From an uncultured Pseudomonadota bacterium (GTDB lineage: Bacteria; SAR324; NAC60-12), in the NCBI GenBank assembly GCA_913020725.1, contig CAJWCD010000085.1, positions 1 to 16,225 of the forward strand: a stretch of DNA of 16,225 nucleotides. Reading direction: 5' to 3'. The notes below the pieces were generated by a model, which was not told the origin of the DNA, did no database searches, and saw only the letters and a list, made by a program, of their open reading frames with translations. The position numbers and the translations under genes are program-made. Shown piece after piece: positions 1 through 5,045 of this stretch (the first letter of the stretch is position 1; each line of letters starts with the position of its first letter).

Positions 1-398
1 AGTTGACCGGAGATGTCGACTAGGCTGTCGCGATCATTGTAGCTGAAACATACTGTCTGCTGCCCATGAAACGCATACAACTGGGCCAACGAACGAAAAC
101 GTCCGGCAGAGCCATTGCAGCCGTGCACCAGTACTGTCACCGGGTAGCTAGAATTGAATTGCAGCGTGTGGTTAGATGAGTCAGTGCACGGTCGCAGATG
201 CGGCACCTCCACTGACACATCCGGCAGCGGTAGACTACCACGCTCTAACTGTTGTGACTCGGGCACATAAGGGAGCGAAATGGCACATCCAACCAATGAG
301 GTAAATATAAAGATAAAAAATAGGTTTAACGACAGTCTAATTATCCTTATTTCTACTACGGATGCCTGAGTATAAGAACTGGTTTTTATCAGAAGCAC
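1..398 (-). CDS. Putative lipoprotein alpha/beta-fold hydrolase (esterase/lipase-like); 3' end runs off the window, start codon uncertain
   Basis: Hand translation of the minus strand: ...RIIRLSLNLFFIFIFTSLVGCAISLPYVPESQQLERGSLPLPDVSVEVPHLRPCTDSSNHTLQFNSSYPVTVLVHGCNGSAGRFRSLAQLYAFHGQQTVCFSYNDRDSLVDISGQ. Hydrophobic stretch plus lipobox LVGC (Cys codon 285-287); VLVHG is the typical beta3/oxyanion motif. Frame is open to 485 with no ATG; nearest usable start is GTG at 398. Confidence 0.7.
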   Translation of the reverse strand, partial: MLLIKTSSYTQASVVEIRIIRLSLNLFFIFIFTSLVGCAISLPYVPESQQLERGSLPLPDVSVEVPHLRPCTDSSNHTLQFNSSYPVTVLVHGCNGSAGRFRSLAQLYAFHGQQTVCFSYNDRDSLVDISGQ

Positions 399-481
399 TT
401 GATTCTTACGAAAGTTTCGGAATTTTTGTAAAAAATGCCAGCCTAAAGCGTCCAATGGCTTTTTTAAAATGAATATACTTC

Positions 482-626
482 GTAACTATTCAGATATCTA
501 TTAACACTAATTTTAGTGATATTTTTTGTGGGGACTATGCTAAATTTACATGTATTCAAGATGAAAAAACGCTTCTCGAAGCCGTAACTCACTGATTTAA
601 CAGAGGTAAGGTGCCTGAATAGTTAC
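482..626. repeat. Perfect 12-bp inverted repeat GTAACTATTCAG (482-493) / CTGAATAGTTAC (615-626)
   Basis: Exact reverse complements separated by 121 nt. CGTAACT at 481-487 recurs at 583-589. Confidence 0.75.
564..585 (-). terminator. Intrinsic terminator candidate
   Basis: Minus strand ACGGCTT-CGAG-AAGCG-TTTTTT: short stem with one bulge, tetraloop and U6 tract. Confidence 0.55.
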
Positions 627-646
627 ATATTTTCTACGATCGCCAT
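623..646 (-). CDS. Putative micro-ORF / leader peptide MAIVENM
   Basis: AAGGAG (653-658) lies 6 nt before ATG GCG ATC GTA GAA AAT ATG TAA, downstream of a strong promoter. Confidence 0.35.
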   Translation of the reverse strand: MAIVENM

Positions 647-742
647 TTTTTACTCCTTTGTTTGAATTCCTGAGTCAGGAATGATACAATCATCTTCGAA
701 ACTTCCGGAGAATCTTCAGCGAATTTTTACCTCCTGCGTCAA

Positions 743-771
743 ATTGTACGGAGGGGGAAAAACACTGTCAA
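743..771 (-). promoter_or_regulatory. Sigma70-type promoter with UP-element-like A/T tract
   Basis: TTGACA (771-766), 17-nt spacer, TACAAT (748-743); A/T runs directly upstream (773-795). Confidence 0.75.
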
Positions 772-805
772 CTTTTTTTAAAACTTTTTTAATTATGAAC
801 TGATG

Positions 806-943
806 TTACGCAATCGCCTTCGCGGTTTCCACAGAGACGAGGGGCTGTTCCAGCGAGACGGAATCGTCTTCCTCAACGTGCCACTCGACGATCTCTGCCT
901 CGTGCAGTCCCTCGCCCAAATCTGGGAGTTTGAAATAGCGCAT
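806..943 (-). pseudogene. pdhC: Truncated E2 dihydrolipoamide acyltransferase (N-terminal half of the lipoyl domain only, 45 aa)
   Basis: Hand translation MRYFKLPDLGEGLHEAEIVEWHVEEDDSVSLEQPLVSVETAKAIA*. Classic lipoyl-domain start FKLPDLGEG and lipoyl-lysine motif ETAKA; stop comes shortly after the lysine, at the GC-content boundary. The PDH versus branched-chain assignment is not resolved. Confidence 0.85.
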
Positions 944-956
944 GTTCTACGGACGA

Positions 957-1166
957 TCAGGATTCCCCGAACTCCGCCGGAATACCTAGACCAAGGCCCG
1001 GGAACAACTCATCCAACTCATACTGAGCGGACCAACCTATGGGGTAGGCCGTGGATTTGGGTTCCAGCACCGTGATCGATCCGCCCTTGGCAAGAAACAT
1101 GCGGATCGCATCCTCAAGCTCCTCATGCGAGCGTGCTGGGTGAATGGTCAGTCTCGGCTTTTCCAT
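957..1166 (-). CDS. Small protein (69 aa) resembling the SutA RNA-polymerase-binding motif
   Basis: Strong SD AAGGAGG before ATG. EELEDAIRMFLAKGGSITVLEP resembles the helix-FLxxGG-strand core I recall from Pseudomonas SutA. Acidic C-terminus. Confidence 0.65.
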   Translation of the reverse strand: MEKPRLTIHPARSHEELEDAIRMFLAKGGSITVLEPKSTAYPIGWSAQYELDELFPGLGLGIPAEFGES

Positions 1167-1186
1167 AGTCCTCCTTGGGTTGGAGT

Positions 1187-1212
1187 AAACAAACGCCTGA
1201 GCCGTTCAGGCG
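1187..1212 (-). terminator. Terminator-like hairpin overlapping the E1beta remnant stop codon
   Basis: Minus strand CGCCTGA-ACGGC-TCAGGCG followed by TTTGTTT. Confidence 0.5.
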
Positions 1213-1328
1213 AACAAAACCGTCTCCCGTGCCACCTCCAAGATGTCCTCGACATCCGGAAGAAAGAGGTGTTCAGCACGAGGGTACGGGATGATGGTGT
1301 CGAAGCCGGTGACGCGCCGCACGGGTGC
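1206..1328 (-). pseudogene. pdhB: C-terminal remnant of 2-oxoacid (pyruvate-type) dehydrogenase E1 beta subunit
   Basis: Hand translation APVRRVTGFDTIIPYPRAEHLFLPDVEDILEVARETVLFA*, matching the characteristic E1beta C-terminus (APxxRVTGxDTxxP). No N-terminal part; in-frame TAG at 1338-1340. Confidence 0.85.
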
Positions 1329-1460
1329 GGGCGAGGACTAGTGCCCGGCAAAACGAGATGAGCCGCTGGAGGTCGAGTGCCCACGGCGGCAACGGCTGAA
1401 CGGCCCGACCGTGGTGTCGAGGTACTGAGTGTACGGAATGGGAAACTGGTAGCGTCTCAT
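1324..1460 (-). pseudogene. pdhA: N-terminal remnant of 2-oxoacid dehydrogenase E1 alpha subunit, frameshifted
   Basis: SD AGGAGG then MRRYQFPIPYTQYLD; after a frameshift near 1411-1415 it continues HGRAVQPLPPWALDLQRLISFCRALVLART. This resembles E1alpha N-termini that precede 'FDxKAVALQRTG'. The sequence then switches to E1beta. Confidence 0.7.
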
Positions 1461-1477
1461 GGCCCCTCCTGAAGTCA

Positions 1478-1510
1478 GGGGTTCCCGTCGAAACGTTCTC
1501 CGGGAACCCC
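1478..1510. repeat. Perfect 10-bp inverted repeat (hairpin or operator) upstream of the pdh remnant
   Basis: GGGGTTCCCG (1478-1487), 13-nt spacer, CGGGAACCCC (1501-1510). Confidence 0.7.
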
Positions 1511-1665
1511 GTTAGTGTGGTTTGGTCATGGCCTTCGCCAGTGATTCTTTGGGTTAACGCATCACCAGTTCCGAACCTTCCGGAACGCTTTTTTCCACTG
1601 CATACACACCTCTTTGCCAGAGGTTCATCCAGCGCGTCTGGTGCGCACCCGTGTTTCCGCCCGAC

Positions 1666-2226
1666 TCAGCCGTGGAAATAGTACGGCATCGTCTCCAAGG
1701 GGGCCCGGAGTTCCTCCGTCTCGCCAAGCACCAGGGTGGTCATGAACACCCTGAGCAGCAGCGGCAGGCTCTCCGGAAGTTGGACCAGGTAGCTGCTGGA
1801 AAAGAAGGATTCTGGAGCAATCGTTCCCAGCTTCTGGTTCGACTCTTCCTTCAGCACGAACTTGCGCGACATCAACCCACACTGCAACCGATAGTGGTGG
1901 TCGCGGTGATCAATGCACAAGGTGGGTCGCAACACACCCTGCTCTTCCGCGCTAAAGACCTCGTTTTTCTCGGCGTCCAGGTGAATCTTGCCCGAACCGT
2001 CGGGGTCCGCGTGCTGATGATAATGCTCCGATCCAGTGTCCACCTTGACCTCAAAGCGGTCGTTCAACCGCTGATCGTCCATGTGGATGAGCGCCACCCG
2101 GCCCGTGTCTCCCCGCAGTTCGTACTCCTTGTGTTCATCGTCAAGGGGCTGGAGCAGCATGGCGGGCAGGTGCGCCCTTGGATCACTGGTCGTTGCCGAC
2201 CGCTCAAAATCGTAATAAGTCTCCAT
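1666..2226 (-). CDS. Hypothetical protein, possibly Tubby C-terminal/LURP-one-like beta-barrel
   Basis: 186-aa ORF with protein-like composition and repeated short beta-strand patterns (RKFVLKEESNQKLGTIAPESFFSSSYLVQLP) ending in a hydrophobic helix (LPLLLRVFMTTLVL). Fold call is tentative. Confidence 0.6.
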   Translation of the reverse strand: METYYDFERSATTSDPRAHLPAMLLQPLDDEHKEYELRGDTGRVALIHMDDQRLNDRFEVKVDTGSEHYHQHADPDGSGKIHLDAEKNEVFSAEEQGVLRPTLCIDHRDHHYRLQCGLMSRKFVLKEESNQKLGTIAPESFFSSSYLVQLPESLPLLLRVFMTTLVLGETEELRAPLETMPYYFHG

Positions 2227-2264
2227 GAAGTTTTTCTGAAAAAGGAGGTTTCGGTTTCAAGAAA

Positions 2265-2534
2265 CTACAGTCGCTGGGAAACCACACGCTCAGGCGGTGG
2301 ATGGGCGTACACGGGAGGATAGCGAAACGGTGAGTCCTGCTCTCGCAGGAGTAGGAGCGAGGCATCGTGTTCATCTGCGGACGGCGGTAACTCCGGCAGC
2401 GGTTGCCTCCGCACCCACACCAGCGGGCGTTGGCAGCGGGGCAACCGTACACGTTCCACGTCCGGGTCTCCACAGTGGCGGGAGCATTCCGTGACTTCGT
2501 CTAGAGGATGCCAGTCAAACCAGAGATACCACAT
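2265..2534 (-). CDS. Hypothetical protein (89 aa)
   Basis: Starts 9 nt after the CBS gene stop with GAGCAGGA upstream and fills the gap between two co-oriented genes. No family recognised. Confidence 0.4.
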   Translation of the reverse strand: MWYLWFDWHPLDEVTECSRHCGDPDVERVRLPRCQRPLVWVRRQPLPELPPSADEHDASLLLLREQDSPFRYPPVYAHPPPERVVSQRL

Positions 2535-2543
2535 CGTCCTGCT

Positions 2544-3041
2544 CTAATGTCGAAAACAGTAGTTTTCCAGATGCCGGAGCGAGAGTTCTTGTTCCTCAAG
2601 CTTCCATGCCAGCACATCTCCCGATGAGATGAGACCGAGCAGTTGGCCTTGCACACAAATCGGCAAGTGCCGGATGCGGTTCTGGCTCATCAACTCTGCG
2701 GCCTCGCGGATGCTCATCTCGGGAGGACCGGACGCAAAGGGCGAGGTCATCACCTCACTCACCTTCGTCGTCTCTGGATCCCACCCGGGAGCAACAAGGC
2801 GGTGCATCACGTCACGCTCCGTGAAAACGCCAACCGGATGTTCGTGTTCCACGATAATCACGGAACCGACCTTCTGCTGGCACATCGTGCGGACAGCAAT
2901 GGCCACGGAACACTCCGGCGCCACCGTCACCACCTCACCGCCTTTTTTGCGGTTGAGCAAATCAACGAGGGTGCCCTGCCCAGGAGCGGACGACTGGGGG
3001 TTGGTCTGCAAAGCAGCTTGTGGGGTTGCAACTTGCGGCAT
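2544..3041 (-). CDS. Stand-alone CBS-pair (Bateman domain) protein
   Basis: VVTVAPECSV...KVGSVIIV...VGVFTERD...KVSEVMT...IRHLPI...LLGLISSGD; SD AGGAGG. Confidence 0.93.
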   Translation of the reverse strand: MPQVATPQAALQTNPQSSAPGQGTLVDLLNRKKGGEVVTVAPECSVAIAVRTMCQQKVGSVIIVEHEHPVGVFTERDVMHRLVAPGWDPETTKVSEVMTSPFASGPPEMSIREAAELMSQNRIRHLPICVQGQLLGLISSGDVLAWKLEEQELSLRHLENYCFRH

Positions 3042-3092
3042 AAGACCTCCTGCAAAAAGATTGGAGCAAACAGCGCTAAATCGCCTTTCGAA

Positions 3093-3326
3093 TCAGCGCA
3101 CCAAACGATCCACAGTCCCGGGTGGTGCCCGCCCTAAACAGAAGGGTCGAGTTTTGAGGAAATCACTAGAAACAGCAGGGGGAGCACCCGCCAGCGGGCA
3201 GAGAGCAAAGGCAGAATGCGGAACGCAACTCCAAGCGGAGTCTTGCAACGCTGCTAGGAACCAGACGAAGCGGCATGGGGGGGAGTTTCTGGAGCCGTTC
3301 CATCTGAGGAAGATACGCTTGAACAT
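3093..3326 (-). CDS. Possible small hypothetical protein (77 aa, MFKRIFLRW...)
   Basis: GGAGGGG SD just before ATG at 3326, downstream of a candidate promoter. The product is not recognisably protein-like. Confidence 0.2.
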   Translation of the reverse strand: MFKRIFLRWNGSRNSPPCRFVWFLAALQDSAWSCVPHSAFALCPLAGAPPAVSSDFLKTRPFCLGRAPPGTVDRLVR

Positions 3327-3419
3327 ATCCCCTCCGGTGCGAGTCACAGAAGACTTGAGGCAACAGCTGCACAATTCCAAAAGCGGGATTGCGGCTTGCT
3401 ACTACCCTCCTTTATTTTT

Positions 3420-3449
3420 AGTGTCTGCGTAAACCCGAGGCAATGTCAA
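3420..3449 (-). promoter_or_regulatory. Candidate sigma70 promoter facing the CBS gene cluster
   Basis: TTGACA (3449-3444), 18-nt spacer, GACACT (3425-3420), with an upstream T6A8 tract. The -10 element is weak. Confidence 0.4.
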
Positions 3450-3603
3450 CATCTTTTTTAAAAAAAATTGACTGCAGAGAAAATACCTGAAATCTGAGAC
3501 TTACAGTCCCAGAAAACCCCTCTTATGATCACAGCAATGCAGGAACGACTCGAATCAGGAATCGATGCCAACCATCAAGACGTTGGTTCCCACTTGAAAT
3601 CTG

Positions 3604-3632
3604 ACTCCGAAACTTCTACAAGGTTTTGGAGT
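3604..3632 (+). other. Stem-loop upstream of glnT/gmaS
   Basis: ACTCCGAAACTT-CTACA-AGGTTTTGGAGT: 12-bp stem including two G-U pairs, so it favours the plus-strand RNA. Confidence 0.45.
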
Positions 3633-3737
3633 GGGATGCTCTGGACTTTCCGAGTTGAGCCCCTGCTCCAACACAGCAACCTTGCCGTTCTGGCGAACGT
3701 CAGGCTGTGAACTGCATCAAACCAAAAGAGGCAGAAA

Positions 3738-5045
3738 ATGAGTGTCAATCTCGCAGAGGTCGCCCAGAAAAAGGGCATCCGCTATTTTTTGATCAGCTTC
3801 ACAGACTTGTTTGGCGTGGTCCGTTCGAAGCTGGTGCCCGCCTCCGCCATCGCGGGTATGCAGCAGGACGGCGCAGGTTTCGCGGGTTTCGCCGCGCACC
3901 TCGACATGACCCCGGCGGATTCCGACATGTTTGGGCTTCCGGATGCGGAGCGGCTGATTCAGTTGCCGTGGAAACCGGAGGTGGGGTGGCTACCGAGCGA
4001 CATCCACTTGGGCGGCAAGCTTGTTGAGCACAGTCCACGTGCGGTGCTCAAGCGTGTGCTGGCCACTGCAAACGCACAGGGCTACCTGGTCAACACTGGG
4101 GTCGAGTGTGAATACTTCATCCTCACGCCGGAAGGCACCGCCGTTGCGGACACTGCCGATCTCCAGCCCAAACCGTGCTACGATCAGCAAGCGTTGATGC
4201 GACGATTCGACCTGATTGCCGAAATCTGCGACCACATGCAAACGCTTGGCTGGGGGCCGTATCAGAACGATCACGAGGACGCGAACGGGCAGTTTGAAAT
4301 GAACTGGGACTACTCTGATGCACTCACAACCGCCGACCGCCACAGTTTCTTCAAGTACATGACAAAGACCATTGCCGAACGCCAAGGCTTCCGGGCCACC
4401 TTCATGCCCAAGCCGCTGCCCACGCTGACCGGCAACGGCTGCCATGCGCATGTTTCAGTCTGGAGCAAGGACGGCAAGACAAACCTGATGGAAGACGCGC
4501 AGGGGGAACTCGGACTCTCCGCACTCGCCTACCACTTCATCGGCGGACTGCTCAAGCACGCAGAAAGTCTGGCCGCGATCACCAATCCGGTGGTGAACAG
4601 CTACAAGCGCATCAACGCGCCACGCACCACCTCTGGAGCCACTTGGTCACCCAACACCGTCACTTACTCCGGCAACAACCGCACCCACATGATCCGCATT
4701 CCGGACTCGGATCGCATCGAGGTGCGGCTTGCCGACGGCGCGGCGAATCCCTACCTGCTGCAAGCGGTTTTGATTGGCGCGGGCTTGTGGGGCGTAGAAA
4801 ATCAGACCGATCCCGGCAAGCGCATTGACCTCGACATGTACGCCGAGGGGCACAAGGTCAGGAACGCTCCCAAACTGCCGTTCAACCTGCTTGACGCACT
4901 GCGGGCTTTCCAAAAAAACAAGACTCTGCGCGGCATCCTCGGTGCCGAGTTTGCGGACTCCTTCGTCAAGCTCAAGCTGGATGAGTGGAATCAGTACATG
5001 CAGCATTTCTCTGAATGGGAACGACAAAACGCACTGGATGTCTGA
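3738..5045 (+). CDS. glnT: Type III glutamate-ammonia ligase GlnT / gamma-glutamylmethylamide synthetase (GmaS-like)
   Basis: GIRYFLISFTDLFGVVRSKLVP, GAGFAGFA, KPCYDQQALMRR, YQNDHEDANGQFEMNW, ATFMPKP, GNGCHAHVS, TTSGATWSPN, GNNRTHMIRIP, DGAANPYL: signatures of the GlnT/GmaS subfamily. Confidence 0.93.
   Translation: MSVNLAEVAQKKGIRYFLISFTDLFGVVRSKLVPASAIAGMQQDGAGFAGFAAHLDMTPADSDMFGLPDAERLIQLPWKPEVGWLPSDIHLGGKLVEHSPRAVLKRVLATANAQGYLVNTGVECEYFILTPEGTAVADTADLQPKPCYDQQALMRRFDLIAEICDHMQTLGWGPYQNDHEDANGQFEMNWDYSDALTTADRHSFFKYMTKTIAERQGFRATFMPKPLPTLTGNGCHAHVSVWSKDGKTNLMEDAQGELGLSALAYHFIGGLLKHAESLAAITNPVVNSYKRINAPRTTSGATWSPNTVTYSGNNRTHMIRIPDSDRIEVRLADGAANPYLLQAVLIGAGLWGVENQTDPGKRIDLDMYAEGHKVRNAPKLPFNLLDALRAFQKNKTLRGILGAEFADSFVKLKLDEWNQYMQHFSEWERQNALDV

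Larger units (their letters stand above)
564..737 (-). ncRNA. Putative ~170-nt small RNA or leader transcript containing a 7-codon ORF
   Basis: Bounded by a near-consensus sigma70 promoter (743-771) and a terminator (564-585). The 5' end GCAGGAGGUAA...GCUGAA is complementary to UUCAGGC...UUACCUCUGU near the 3' end. Internal hairpin AUUCCUG-ACU-CAGGAAU. No known RNA family recognised. Confidence 0.45.

Noticed and set aside
564..737. 6S RNA, tmRNA or tRNA identity for the small transcript
   Set aside because: No continuous rod with central bubble, no tRNA-like acceptor or T-arm, and no tag peptide ending in AA.
803..1361. Plus-strand ORFs 803-1075 and 1125-1361, and minus ORF 1148-1384
   Set aside because: Antisense or off-frame shadows of the pdh remnants and the SutA-like gene; no protein-like features.
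3043..3057. AGACCTCCTGCAAAA, resembling IS5-family terminal inverted repeats as I recall them
   Set aside because: It doubles as the SD of the CBS gene, and I found no partner repeat or transposase in the window.
3350..3415. Possible yybP-ykoY manganese riboswitch (AAAGGAGGGUAGUAGC...)
   Set aside because: The GGGGAGUAGC 5' motif is imperfect and the 3' GCAAGACC/GCGAGACC element is absent.
1651..3432. Long plus-strand ORFs 1651-2322, 2629-3432 and 2643-3137
   Set aside because: Antisense to the better-supported minus-strand genes; no recognisable motifs.
3691..3706. GG-N10-GC spacing (TGGCGAACGTCAGGCT) as a sigma54 promoter for glnT
   Set aside because: Only the dinucleotides match; the TGGCAC and TTGC contexts are missing.
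3525..3710. 61-aa ORF upstream of glnT
   Set aside because: No SD and no recognisable similarity, including to N-methylglutamate synthase subunits.
4825..5037. N-terminal extension of the methyltransferase ORF in the track (similar extensions at 11228-11293, 13192-13302 and 15769-15831)
   Set aside because: These overlap neighbouring genes or precede the start of family homology; downstream ATGs fit better.
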